Source: an uncultured Thermoleophilia bacterium
Lineage (GTDB): Bacteria; Actinomycetota; Thermoleophilia; UBA2241
Direction of reading: 5' to 3'
Assembly (NCBI GenBank): GCA_963702475.1
Contig: CAVPCT010000005.1
Span: 512,001-576,000 of the forward strand
DNA length: 64,000 nt
Part shown: positions 1 through 12,982 of the stretch, piece by piece
How positions within the stretch are numbered: the first letter of the stretch is position 1
Layout of the letters: every line of letters starts with the position of its first letter
The notes under the pieces: model-generated
What the model was told of the DNA's origin: nothing
Databases searched by the model: none
What the model saw: the letters and a program-made list of their open reading frames with translations, nothing else
Position numbers and translations under genes: made by a program

Positions 1-1
1 C

Positions 2-1252
2 TCGGACGACGACCGCGGCGGGCCGCGCATCGAGATCCAGGCCGCGGCCCTGGAGGAGATCGCGCGCCACTCGCAGGGCGGGTTCCGCGACGCCATCGGC
101 ACGCTGGAGAAGCTCATCACGTACTCGGACGGCGCCATCCGCGTCGTCGACGTGCTCGAGGCGCTCGGCGTCACCGACACCGACCTGCTGTTCGAGATCA
201 CCGACATCGTCGCCGACCGGCGCCCCGCTGAGGCGCTGCAGTTCGTGCAGCGGCTGGCCAACGAGGGCGCCGACTACGCGCAGTTCATCCGCGACCTGCT
301 GCGCCATCTGCGCCAGCTGTTCCTGCTCCAGCACCTGGAGGAGTCCGCTCGTGACGCGGCCGTGCTGCGCGCCCTCGGTCAGACGGTGGAGCTGGACGAG
401 CAGCTTCTTGAACGCCTCCTGCCGCAGGCCAACGGCATGGCTCAGCGCGAGGTCGTGTTCTTCATCGAGACGCTGGGCGAGGCGCAGCGCGAGGTCCGCG
501 ACGGCCTCGACCCGCGGCTGCAGCTGGAGCTCGCGCTCGTCAAGGTCACGCGGCCGCACCTGGACCACTCCGCGGCGGCCCTGGAGGAGCGCCTGCGGCG
601 CCTCGAAGCGGCCGCCGCCGGGCACGGCCACGCGGCTGCCCCGGCGCCGCCCGCCGGCGCGCCCACGGCCGCCACCGTCGCGGGAGGGGCGCCCGGCCCG
701 GCCGCGGCGCCGGAGCCGCCCGGACCATCCCGTCCGGCAGACGGCAGCGAACCGGCGCCGCACGCCCAGGCCCCGGCGTCCCCGCCCGCCGCCGAGAGCG
801 AGCGTGAGGCGCGGCCCGCCGCGGCGCCGGCCGCGGTTCCCGACGCCGGCGACGCCGGCCCCGAGCTCACCGCCGATCGCGTCCGCCGCGCCTGGGAGCT
901 CGTCCTCCAGCGCGTCCAGGCAGGCAGCGTGGGGCTCTACGCGCTGCTGCGCGACGCGCGACCCCAGGACCTTCACGGCGACGTGCTCTCCGTGGCCATG
1001 GCCTCGGAGTTCTCCCTTGCGCAGGCGCGCCACCCCGGCAACGACGGAGTCCTTGCCGAGGCCATAGAAGAGGTGCTCGGCAAGCGGCTCGAACCCGAGT
1101 TCGTGCTCGCAGCCGGCGCCGCCTCGCCGTCCGCGCCCTCCGCGATCCCGAGCTCCCCGGCCGCGAACGACGCCGGGCCGCTGGATTTCACCGACCTCAT
1201 CAAGCAGGCCAAGGGCACCTTCGACGCCGAAGAGATGCCCGACGACTCCTGA
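2..1252 (+). CDS. dnaX: DNA polymerase III subunit gamma/tau, C-terminal part (5' end outside the window)
   Basis: Frame is open from nt 2 (...[19 protein letters not shown]), a clamp-loader motif, followed by a Pro/Ala-rich linker and the tau C-terminal domain; conserved dnaX-ybaB-recR order. Confidence 0.93.
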   Translation, partial: SDDDRGGPRIEIQAAALEEIARHSQGGFRDAIGTLEKLITYSDGAIRVVDVLEALGVTDTDLLFEITDIVADRRPAEALQFVQRLANEGADYAQFIRDLLRHLRQLFLLQHLEESARDAAVLRALGQTVELDEQLLERLLPQANGMAQREVVFFIETLGEAQREVRDGLDPRLQLELALVKVTRPHLDHSAAALEERLRRLEAAAAGHGHAAAPAPPAGAPTAATVAGGAPGPAAAPEPPGPSRPADGSEPAPHAQAPASPPAAESEREARPAAAPAAVPDAGDAGPELTADRVRRAWELVLQRVQAGSVGLYALLRDARPQDLHGDVLSVAMASEFSLAQARHPGNDGVLAEAIEEVLGKRLEPEFVLAAGAASPSAPSAIPSSPAANDAGPLDFTDLIKQAKGTFDAEEMPDDS

Positions 1253-1263
1253 GGAGAAGCACC

Positions 1264-1590
1264 GTGGCGAACCCGCAGTACAACAAGATGATGAAGCAGG
1301 TCCAGGAGATGCAGCGCAAGATGGCGGAGGCTCAGGAGGAGCTCGCCGTCGAGACCGTCGAGTCCAGCGCCGGCGGCGGCATGGTCACCGTGGTCATCAC
1401 GGGCTCCCTCGAGATCAAAGAAGTGCGCATCAAGCCCGAGGCCGTGGACCCGGACGACGTCGAGATGCTGCAGGACCTCGTGGTGGCGGCCACCAACGAG
1501 GCGCTGCGGGCCGCCCAGGACCTCGCCTCGCAGAAGCTCGGCGGGGCCACGGGCGGCATCGATCTGCCCAACATCCCGGGCCTGTTCTGA
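1264..1590 (+). CDS. ybaB: YbaB/EbfC nucleoid-associated protein
   Basis: SAGGGMVTV and [21 protein letters not shown] motifs; synteny with dnaX and recR. Confidence 0.95.
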   Translation: MANPQYNKMMKQVQEMQRKMAEAQEELAVETVESSAGGGMVTVVITGSLEIKEVRIKPEAVDPDDVEMLQDLVVAATNEALRAAQDLASQKLGGATGGIDLPNIPGLF

Positions 1591-1667
1591 GTCATCGTTC
1601 CCGCCGCCACTGGCCGACGGGAACAGCGGGAGTAGATACTGCATACTGGACACATTGTGTCCTTTTT

Positions 1668-1709
1668 GAGAGAGGCCGCGGAGCGCAGAAGCGCTCCGCG
1701 GCCTCTCTC
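1668..1709 (+). terminator. Perfect 19-bp hairpin between ybaB and recR
   Basis: GAGAGAGGCCGCGGAGCGC-agaa-GCGCTCCGCGGCCTCTCTC; no real U-tract. Confidence 0.65.
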
Positions 1710-1883
1710 CTGTCCGTGCACCCTCCTGCCGATACCGCGTGAGCGTGAAGCGCGGACCGGGGTACCCCCATGCTTGCCGAAAGGAGTACAATAACTTCCC
1801 GGGTTTCCGACGCCCCCCCAAGACGCACCACTGAGTGCATCAACACGCATGACTATGCATTTTATACGCGTAAGGACGTGAGT

Positions 1884-2486
<603 letters not shown>

Positions 2487-2488
2487 GC

Positions 2489-3085
2489 ATGGCGACGAAG
2501 ACTCCGGAGAAGGCGAGCGGGCTCACCGAGATACGCTGGCACGGCCGCGGCGGCCAGGGGGCCGTCACCGCGGCCAAGATGGTCGCCGAGCTGGCCCTCG
2601 GCGAGGGCAAGTACTTCCAGGCGTTCCCGGAGTACGGGCCCGAGCGCTCCGGCGCACCCATCGTGGCCTTCACGCGCGTGAGCGACGAGCCCATCCAGGT
2701 GTACGCCGGCGTCGAGCACCCGCAGATCGTCATCGTGCTGGACTCGTCACTTCTTGCCGTGGTGGACGTCTGCAAAGGCGCTCCCGACGACGCCATCGTG
2801 CTGGTCAACAGCGAGAAGGCGCCTGCCGAGCTGCGTAAGCAGTACGGCCTCGAAGGCCACCGTCTCTTCACCGTGGCGGCCACGCGCATCGCGCTCGAGA
2901 CCATCCGGCGGCCCATCCCCAACACACCTATGGTGGGGGCTCTCACGCGCATCACGGGGCTGTTCGCGGTGGACGACGTGGCGGAGTTCCTGGAGCACGA
3001 GTTCGGCAAGAAGTTCCCGCCCAAGGTCGTGGAAGGCAACATCAACGCGATCAGGCGCAGCTACGAGGAGGTCCAGGGCGAATGA
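2489..3085 (+). CDS. porC: 2-oxoacid:ferredoxin oxidoreductase gamma subunit
   Basis: EIRWHGRGGQGAVTAA and FPEYGPERSGAP motifs. Confidence 0.93.
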   Translation: MATKTPEKASGLTEIRWHGRGGQGAVTAAKMVAELALGEGKYFQAFPEYGPERSGAPIVAFTRVSDEPIQVYAGVEHPQIVIVLDSSLLAVVDVCKGAPDDAIVLVNSEKAPAELRKQYGLEGHRLFTVAATRIALETIRRPIPNTPMVGALTRITGLFAVDDVAEFLEHEFGKKFPPKVVEGNINAIRRSYEEVQGE

Positions 3086-3453
3086 CCGTGGAGAAGAAAG
3101 CCGGCGCCAAGCACCCGGCGCCGCTCAAGAAGCCCCGCGCCAGAAAGCCCAAGTGGGACATCAGCGACGTCGCCGAGTGGGGCCCCGACCGCCACGAGCT
3201 GGGCGCGACCATCGTCGAGGCCGGCAACTCGACCTTCAACGAGACCGGCGGCTGGCGCAGCCTGGTGCCGGAGATCGAGGTCGCCAAGTGCGATGGCTGC
3301 ATGTTGTGCTACTTCTACTGCCCCGACTCCTCGATCATCATCGAGGACGGCAAGGCGGTCGGCATCGACCTCGCCCACTGCAAGGGCTGCGGCATCTGCG
3401 CCAAGGAGTGCCCGCAGACCGCCATCGCCATGCTGATCGACGCCAAGGAGTGA
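3082..3453 (+). CDS. porD: 2-oxoacid:ferredoxin oxidoreductase delta subunit (2x[4Fe-4S])
   Basis: TGGWRS, CDGCMLCYFYCPD and CKGCGICAKECP motifs; ATGA overlap with porC. Confidence 0.92.
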   Translation: MTVEKKAGAKHPAPLKKPRARKPKWDISDVAEWGPDRHELGATIVEAGNSTFNETGGWRSLVPEIEVAKCDGCMLCYFYCPDSSIIIEDGKAVGIDLAHCKGCGICAKECPQTAIAMLIDAKE

Positions 3454-3456
3454 CCT

Positions 3457-4659
3457 GTGGCCACCACCCCGACTGAGATCGTCGCGGTCACCGGCAACGA
3501 GGCCGTGGCCGAGGCCATGCGCCAGATCGACCCCGACGTCGTCTGCGCGTACCCCATCACGCCCCAGACCGAGGTCGTGCAGATCTACGCGCAGTTCGTG
3601 GCCGACGGCGCCGTCGAGACGGAGTTCGTCACCGTCGAGAGCGAGCATTCGGCCATGAGCGCCGTCATCGGCTCCGCCGCCGGCGGCGCGCGCACCATGA
3701 CGGCGACCTCCTCCCAGGGCTTCGCCCTCATGTGGGAGGTCCTGTACGTGGCCGCCAGCTACCGCCTGCCCGTCGTCATGACGACGGTCAACCGCGCCCT
3801 GAGCGGCCCCATCAACATCCACTGCGACCACAGCGACACCATGGGCGGCCGCGACACCGGCTGGATCCAGCTGTACGGCGAGAACCACCAGGAGGCCTAC
3901 GACAACTGCATCCAGGCCGTGAGGATCGCCGAGCACATGGACGTGCGGCTGCCGGTGATGCACATGCTGGACGGCTACGTCATCAGCGGCGCCATCGGGC
4001 CGCTGCAGATGCTCACCAAGGAGCAGGTGCAGCAGTTCATCGGCCCGTACCGCGCCGTGAACCCCATGCTCGACGCCAAGAAGCCGGTCACCGTCGGCCC
4101 GTTCGACGGCCTGCACGGCTGGTACTTCGAGCACAAGGTCGCCCAGAACCGCGCCATGGACCGCGCCTTCAAGGTCATCCAGGACGTCGCCGACGAGTAC
4201 GCCGAGATCAGCGGGCGGCACTACGGCCTGTACGACCCGTACATGATCGAAGACGCCGAGATCGCCATCGTCGTGGTCGGCTCCACGGCCGGAACCACGC
4301 GCATGGTGGTGGACCAGCTGCGCGCCAAGGGCGTGAAGGCAGGGATGATCCGCGTGCGCGCGTTCCGGCCCTTCCCGCACCAGCTCTACGCCGAGGCCCT
4401 GCAGCACTGCAAGGTGGTCGGCGTCCTCGACCGCGCCGACTCGTCGGGCGCCCAGGGCGGCCCGGTGTTCCTGGAGACGCGCGCCGCGCTGTACGACTGC
4501 GACCCGCGGCCACAGGTGCTGCCCTTCATCTACGGCCTCGGCGGCCGCGACGTCTTCCCCACCAACATCGAGGAGGCGTTCGCGCAGCTGCAGGAGGTCG
4601 CCGCGAGCGGCAAGCGGGCCTCCACCGAACGTCGGTATCTCAACCTGCGAAAAGATTGA
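3457..4659 (+). CDS. porA: 2-oxoacid:ferredoxin oxidoreductase alpha subunit
   Basis: AYPITPQT, VESEHSAMS, TATSSQG, NRALSGPINIHCDHSD and YGLGGRD motifs. Confidence 0.94.
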   Translation: MATTPTEIVAVTGNEAVAEAMRQIDPDVVCAYPITPQTEVVQIYAQFVADGAVETEFVTVESEHSAMSAVIGSAAGGARTMTATSSQGFALMWEVLYVAASYRLPVVMTTVNRALSGPINIHCDHSDTMGGRDTGWIQLYGENHQEAYDNCIQAVRIAEHMDVRLPVMHMLDGYVISGAIGPLQMLTKEQVQQFIGPYRAVNPMLDAKKPVTVGPFDGLHGWYFEHKVAQNRAMDRAFKVIQDVADEYAEISGRHYGLYDPYMIEDAEIAIVVVGSTAGTTRMVVDQLRAKGVKAGMIRVRAFRPFPHQLYAEALQHCKVVGVLDRADSSGAQGGPVFLETRAALYDCDPRPQVLPFIYGLGGRDVFPTNIEEAFAQLQEVAASGKRASTERRYLNLRKD

Positions 4660-4660
4660 G

Positions 4661-5512
4661 GTGAGTCGCAACATGGTGCGACGCAACAGTGACAACGGCA
4701 ACGGCAAAGGCGCGGGGGTAGCGGAGCCCAAGGGCTCCGCTCTCTACGAGGTCCTCAAGGGCGTCGACTTCGAGCGCCGCGAGCTGATGGACAAACCCCG
4801 CGGCGTGGGCCTCTTCGACCTGGTGCGCGACAAGGACAGCGGCTACCGCTGCTACTCCTGCACACTCTGCGAGCAGGCCTGCCCCGTCGACTGCATCGAC
4901 ATCGACTACTGCCCCGAGCACGAAGAGCACGCGTTCGACTACGAGGCCGAGCGCTCCGCGGCCCTGGCGACCCTTCCCGGGCGAGAGCTGCGGCGCCCAC
5001 GCCGCCTGCGTCATCGGCGACAAGCCGCTCGGCTACGTGCCGGAGATCGACATGAAGCTCTTCGACCCGGTCATCGCCGGCATCCGCGCCGGCTCCGGCC
5101 TGGTCCAGGCCCTGCACGCCACGCAGGAGGCCTACGGCTGGCTGCCGCGCGTGGCCCTGGAGAACATCGCCGAGGAGATGCACGTCTCCTTCTCGCGCGT
5201 GTACGGCGTCGCCACGTTCTACACGCAGTTCCGTCTCACGCCGGTCGGCAGGTACGTCATCGACGTGTGCATGGGCACCGCCTGCCACGTGGCCGGCGCC
5301 CCGCTCGTGGTGGAGGCGTTCAGCAACGAGCTGGAGATCCCCGTGGGCGGCACCACCGCCGACGGGCTGTTCACCCTCCAGACGGTGAACTGCGTCGGCG
5401 CCTGCGCCCTGGCCCCGGTCGTGCGTCTGGGCGATGACGAGACCTTCGGACGCATGGGCCCCAACGAGGCGCGCAAGCTGGTGCGAAAGCTCCGCAAGGC
5501 GGAGGTGCCGGC

Positions 5513-5516
<4 letters not shown>
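4661..5516 (+). CDS. HydC/NuoE-like [2Fe-2S] subunit with an N-terminal ferredoxin-like extension; one frameshift at about 4971-4973
   Basis: Removing one C from the CCC run joins CYSCTLCEQACP...AT to FPGESCGAHAAC...VCMGTACH...NCVGACALAP. Confidence 0.85.
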
Positions 5517-7434
<1,918 letters not shown>

Positions 7435-7438
<4 letters not shown>

Positions 7439-10400
7439 GTACCCGAACCAAAACGGCCGTGAAGGTCACCATAGATGGCCGCGAGCTCGGCGCCCGTGAG
7501 GGCGAGACCGTGCTCCAGGTCGCACGGCGCGAGGACATCGACATCCCCGCCCTGTGCCATCAGGAGGGCATGGATGCCTGGGGCGCCTGCCGCCTGTGCA
7601 TGGTCGAGGTCGAAGGCCTCGACAAGCTGCAGGCGGCCTGCACGACCTGGGTCACCGACGGCATGGTCGTGCAGACCGACACGGCCCGCGTGCGCGCCCG
7701 TCGCGAGAGCTACCTCGAGATGTACCTCTCGGACCACAACTCCTACTGCGAGGCGCCGTGCTCCCACGCGTGCCCCACGCACATCGACATCCCCGCCTAC
7801 ATGGCGGCGCTCGCCGGCGGCGACGCCGCCGGCGCGGCCGCCATCGTGCGCGAGGAGCTGCCGTTCCCCGGCATCCTTGGGCGCGTGTGCAACCGCTACT
7901 GCGAGCCGGTGTGCCGGCGCGCCGACGTGGACGAGCCCATCGCCATCTGCGCCCTGCACCGGGCAGCAGCCGACCACAGCGAGACGCGCCTGATCCCGGG
8001 CATGCCCAGCGGCCGGCGCGTCGCCGTCATCGGCGCCGGCCCAGCAGGACTGGCCGCGGCCTGGTTCCTCACGGAGCGCGGCCACAGCGTCACCATGTAC
8101 GACGCCAACCCCGAGCCCGGCGGCAGCCTGCGGTACAGCATCCCCGAGTTCCGCCTGCCCGCCAGGGTCGTGGAGAAGGAGCTCACGCCGCTGTGGGAGG
8201 CAGGCGTGCGCTTCGTCGGCGAGGCCGAGCTGGGCTACGAGGTCGACACCGACGGCCTGCTGGACGCCGGCTTCGACGCCATCGTGCTCGGTGTGGGCCG
8301 CTGGGAAGAGCCGCGGCACGTGCTGCCCGGCGACGAGGCGGCCCTCAAGGGCCTCGACCTGCTCAAGCGCGTACGCGAGGGCAGGGCCGTCAAGTTCACG
8401 CAGAAGGTCGTGGTGATCGGCGACGGCCTCACCGCCCTCGACGTGGCCCGCACAGCGCGCCGCAGGGGCGCCAAAGAAGTCGTCGTGATCTCGCCGAACC
8501 AGGCCGACGACATCCCGGCCGGTGCCCGCGACCTCAAGAACGCCCTCGAGGAGGGCGTGAAGTTCGAGTTCGGCGCCCTGGCCAAGAAGGTCAAAGCAAA
8601 GAGCGGCAAGGCGCAGGGCGTGGAGTGCGTGCGTCTGGCGACCGACAAGGGCCGCACGCACGAGGTGCGCGGCTCGCGCTTCGACGTGCCGGCCACCACC
8701 GTCGTGATGGCCACGGGCTACGCGCCGCGGCTCGGCGACAGCGCCGAGTACATCGCCGTGTCCGACGCCCGCCTGCAGGCCGACCCCTCCACCGGCCGCA
8801 CCGCCGATCCCGGCGTGTTCGCGGCCGGCGATGCCGTGGCGCGCACCGCTTCGGTCATCCACGCGGTGGCCGGCGGCAAGCGCGTGGCCCTGGCCATCGA
8901 CGCCTGGCTGCGCGGTGAGGACCTCGACGAGCTGGAGGCGCGGCTCACCGCTTTCAAGCAGCTGCCGTACCTCGAGCAGCTCAAGGCGGAGAAGGCGCTC
9001 GGCGACCTCGAGCTGCGTCTCGTCGAGCGCGACCCGGTGTGGCTCAAGATGGGCGCGGCGGCCGACCCGGCGCCCCGCGCCACCATGCCCAAGGTCGGCA
9101 GGCAGAAGCGTCTCACGGCCACCGACCTCGAGGTCGAGAAGGGCTACAGCCTGGCGGCCGCCCGCGCCGAGGCCATGCGCTGCCTGCAGTGCGAGTGCCC
9201 CAGCAACGGTGCCTGCGACCTGCAGAAGCTCGGCGTGCAGTACGACATCACCAGCAACGACCTGGTCGTGAAGGGCAATCTCGTGCGCATGGTCGAGGCC
9301 CAGTACGAGCACCCCTTCATCCGCCGCGACATGGAGCGCTGCATCGCCTGCGGGCGCTGCGTGCGCGTGTGCCGCGACGTGGCCGGCCCGGCCTGCTACG
9401 ACTTCACCGGCCGCGGCTTCATGATGAACGTCGACACGCCCTACGGGCAGGCCCTGCAGCTGGCCGACTGCATCTCGTGCGGTCGCTGCGTCACGAGCTG
9501 CCCCACCGGCGCCCTCACCTTCAACCAGCGCGAGCTGGCCGCCTTCCAGATCGACGAGAGCCGCTGCATCATGTGCCGCGAGTGCGTCGGCGTATGCCCG
9601 GTGGATGCCCTCAAGGAGACCAACCACTTCGAGGAGGCGCGCCGGCGGTGGCTCGAGCTCGTGACCAAGGGCAGCGGCCTGGCCGGCGGGCACCGCATGT
9701 GCGCCGGCTGCGGGGCGCCCATCGTGGTGCGCCAGGTGCTCATGGGCACCGACGACCCCGTGGTGGTCAGCGCCGCCACCGGCTGCCTCGAGGTGAGCAC
9801 CACCATCTACCCCTACACCTCGTGGAAGGGCAGCTACATCCACACCGCCTTCGAGAACGCGGCGGCCACGCTCTCCGGCGTGGAGACCGCATTCCGGGCG
9901 CTGAAGAAGAAGGGTCTCATCGAGGAGAACGTCAAGTTCATCGCCTTCGGCGGCGACGGCGGTACCTACGACATCGGCCTGCAGAGCCTCTCCGGCGCCA
10001 TGGAGCGCGGACACGACATGGTGTACGTGTGCTACGACAACGAGGCGTACATGAACACCGGGTTCCAGCGCTCCAGCGCGACGCCCCACGGGGCCTGGAC
10101 CACCACCAGCCCGATCGGCAAGGAGAGCTACGGCAAGGTCCAGAACCGCAAGGACCTCACCGAGATCATGGTCGCCCACGGCATCCCGTACGTGGCACAG
10201 GCCTCGCCGCACGACCCGCGCGACCTGGTGCGCAAGGCGGCCAAGGCGCTCGCCACCCCCGGCCCGGCGTTTCTCAACATCCTGGCGCCGTGCCCGCGCG
10301 GCTGGCGTTCGGACGGGGCCGAGACCATCGAGCTCGCGCGCGAGGCCGTGAACGCCTGCTACTGGCCGCTGTTCGAGGTCGTGGACGGCGAGTACAAGCT

Positions 10401-10614
10401 CACGTACCGGCCGCGTCGCAAACTGCCGCTCATCCCCTGGCTCAAGCGCCAGGGGCGCTTCGCCCACCTGTTCAAGCCGGGCAACGACGAGGCTCTCGAG
10501 CAGCTCGAGGCGTGGTCGGATCGTGAGTGGGCCAAGCTCCTGCGCAAGTGCGGCGAGCCCAGCGAGGCCGACTGGCAGGAGGAGCTGCAGGCCAACGGGT
10601 GCCTGCTGCGCTGA
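7435..10614 (+). CDS. 1059-aa fusion: HydA/NuoG-like Fe-S domains + GltD-like FAD domain + POR beta (TPP-binding) subunit
   Basis: GTG overlaps the upstream TGA. Motifs in order: GACRLCMVEV, APCSHACP, GRVCNRYCE, IGAGPAG, three CxxCxxCxxxC, then GHRMCAGCG, TGCLEV, GGDGGTYDIG...DNEAYMNTG, PCPRGW, all in one uninterrupted frame. Confidence 0.92.
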
Positions 10615-10684
10615 CGACGCGCGTCCGGCGGCCTGAGCCGCCGGACGACCCGGGGCTGCTACACTGAGTCGCGGCTACCAGCCA

Positions 10685-10730
10685 GAACGCGGACGGGGCG
10701 GGCCTTCACGGGCCCGCCCCGTCCGCGTTC
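10685..10730. terminator. Perfect 20-bp hairpin between convergent operons
   Basis: GAACGCGGACGGGGCGGGCC-ttcacg-GGCCCGCCCCGTCCGCGTTC. Confidence 0.75.
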
Positions 10731-10883
10731 CCGGGACGACACCAGCCCCTCGGGTGTGCGGCGCCGGCCGCAGGGGTACATGCCCTCGGGACGCTCAGCC
10801 TTGACAGCTCCAAAGCCAGCAGGTCTGAGTGCCCGCGCAGGACATGCCCGGCTGCGTGCGCGGGAGCCTGGGACCCGCGCGAG

Positions 10884-12185
10884 TCAGCCCTCGGCGCGCA
10901 GGTCCAGCACGTGGCCGCGCACGCCGTGAGTCCGTTCCACAGCGCCCGGCTCCACGAGCCTGATGCGCGCCTGCAGGCCCAGTGCGGCCTGGAGCTTGTC
11001 GGCCACGGCCGCCTGGAACCGCACCATCTCGCCCATCACGTCGGAGAACACGTGCTCGTCGACCTCGACCCTGAGCTCGACGTCGACGAGGCCCTGGGCG
11101 CGCTCGAGCACGATGAGGAACTGCGGGCGCGCGCCCTCGATGCCCTCCAGGATCTCCTCCACCTGGGCCGGGTAGAAGTTCACGCCGCGCACGATGAGCA
11201 TGTCGTCGGTGCGCTCGCGCACCTTGGCCATGCGCCCCAGCGTACGTCCGCAGTCGCAGCGGGACGTGTCGAGCGACGTGAGGTCCCGCGTGCGGTAGCG
11301 AAGCAGCGGGAAACCCTCTTTGGTCAGGGTGGTGATCACGAGCTCACCACGGTCGCCCGGCTGGACCGGCTCGCCGCTCACAGGATCGACGACCTCCAGC
11401 AACAGGTGGTCCTCGTTGACGTGCAGGCCACAGGCGCACTCGCACTCGCCGGCCACACCCGGGCCCATGACCTCCGACAAGCCGTACGTGTCCACGGCGC
11501 GGATGCCCAGCTTCTCCTCGAGCGTCGCCTTCATGGAGTCTGGGCACGGTTCGCCGCCGAAGAGGCCGAGCCGCAGTCTGAACGCGGCGACGTCGAGCCC
11601 GAGCCTGCCGGCCTGCTCCGCCAGGTAGAGGGCGTACGACGGCGTGGAGACCAGCACCGTGGTCCCGAAGTCGCGCACCATCGTGAGCTGCCGCTCGCTC
11701 TGGCTGGCGCCTGCCGGGATGATGGTGGCGCCGATACGCTCCATGCCGTAGTGCATGCCCCAGCCGCTGGTCGACATGCCGTACGGGTACGCCATCTGCA
11801 CCAGGTCGCCGCGCAGCACGCCGGCTGCCGCCGCGACGCGTGCCGTGAGCTCCGTCCAGGTGTTGATGTCGCCGCGCGAGTAGCCGACCACCACGGGTTT
11901 GCCGGTGACGCCGGACGAAGAGTGCACGCGCACGATCTCGTCCAGGGGCAGGGCGAACATGCCGAAGGGGAAGGCGTCGCGCAGGGTGCCCTCGTCGGTG
12001 AACGGCAGGCGGCGCACATCGTCGAGCGTGTGGATGTCGCGCGGGCGCACGCCGCGGCGCTCGAGCTCGGAGCGGTAGTGCGGCACGTGCTCGAAGGCCC
12101 AGGCGACGGTCATCTGCAGGCGGCGCAGCTGCAGCACGTGCAGTGCCGCCCGGTCCATGCACTCGTACTCGGGGTTCCAGATCAT
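10884..12185 (-). CDS. paaK: Phenylacetate-CoA ligase family protein with atypical motifs
   Basis: VRVHSSSGVTGKP, TYGLSEVMGPGVA, PLLRYRTRD, RTDDMLIVRGVNFYP. Confidence 0.85.
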   Translation of the reverse strand: MIWNPEYECMDRAALHVLQLRRLQMTVAWAFEHVPHYRSELERRGVRPRDIHTLDDVRRLPFTDEGTLRDAFPFGMFALPLDEIVRVHSSSGVTGKPVVVGYSRGDINTWTELTARVAAAAGVLRGDLVQMAYPYGMSTSGWGMHYGMERIGATIIPAGASQSERQLTMVRDFGTTVLVSTPSYALYLAEQAGRLGLDVAAFRLRLGLFGGEPCPDSMKATLEEKLGIRAVDTYGLSEVMGPGVAGECECACGLHVNEDHLLLEVVDPVSGEPVQPGDRGELVITTLTKEGFPLLRYRTRDLTSLDTSRCDCGRTLGRMAKVRERTDDMLIVRGVNFYPAQVEEILEGIEGARPQFLIVLERAQGLVDVELRVEVDEHVFSDVMGEMVRFQAAVADKLQAALGLQARIRLVEPGAVERTHGVRGHVLDLRAEG

Positions 12186-12982
12186 CGCTCCCCCCCAGCC
12201 TCGCCGCGCCAGGCGCCGAGGTAGATGGTCTGTACGGTCTCGTCGGCGAGCAGATCGGCGGAGGAGCCCTGCAGCACCACGCGGCCGGTCTGCATCACGT
12301 AGCCGCGGTCGGCATGCTTGAGCGCGAGGCGCGCGTCCTGCTCAACGAGCAGGACGGTGACGCCTCGCGCCCGCAGCTTGTCCAGCACGGCGAAGATCTC
12401 GCGGATGACGCGCGGCGCCAAGCCGAGCGACGGCTCGTCGAGCAGGAGCAGCCTCGGCCGCGACATCAGGGCGCGGCCGACGGCCAGCATCTGCTGCTCG
12501 CCGCCGGAGAGCGTGGCCGCCGGCTGGCCTGCCCGCTCGGCCAGCACCGGGAACAGCTCGTGGACCGTGTGAAGGCCCTCGGCGACGGCGGCGCGCCGCT
12601 CGCGCCCGGCGCCGTAGGCGCCGAGCTCGAGGTTCTCGCGTACCGTCATGGGGCCGAACAACAGGCGACCCTCGGGCACGAGCGCCAGGCCGGCGCGCAC
12701 CAGCCGCTCGGGGCGCGCAGCCGCCAGCGAGGCGCCCTCGTACGTGACCGAGCCGGAGCGTGCGTGCACCAGCCCGACCACGGTCTTGAGCAGCGTCGAC
12801 TTGCCGGCGCCGTTGGCGCCGATGAGGGCCACGAGCTCGCCGGCGGCGACCCTGAGATCGACGCCGTGCAGCACTTCCGCGCGGCCGTACCCGGCACGCA
12901 CGCCGTGCAGCTCGAGCAGCGTGGAGGCGCCCGCGACGCCCGCGCCACCGCCCGCCGCGCCCGTGGTGGCGGGCTCAGGCAT
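12182..12982 (-). CDS. livF: Branched-chain amino-acid-type ABC ATPase (LivF family)
   Basis: GANGAGKST, LSGGEQQML, LLDEPSLGLAP. Confidence 0.92.
   Translation of the reverse strand: MPEPATTGAAGGGAGVAGASTLLELHGVRAGYGRAEVLHGVDLRVAAGELVALIGANGAGKSTLLKTVVGLVHARSGSVTYEGASLAAARPERLVRAGLALVPEGRLLFGPMTVRENLELGAYGAGRERRAAVAEGLHTVHELFPVLAERAGQPAATLSGGEQQMLAVGRALMSRPRLLLLDEPSLGLAPRVIREIFAVLDKLRARGVTVLLVEQDARLALKHADRGYVMQTGRVVLQGSSADLLADETVQTIYLGAWRGEAGGER

Noticed and set aside
600-870. Programmed frameshift site or repeat in the dnaX linker
   Set aside because: No slippery A-run; ordinary Pro/Ala low-complexity linker
10731-10883. Imperfect hairpin GGGACGCTCAGCC...GGTCTGAGTGCCC as a possible ncRNA or riboswitch
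   Set aside because: Lies between two 3' ends, matches no family I recognise, and pairing is easy by chance at this GC content
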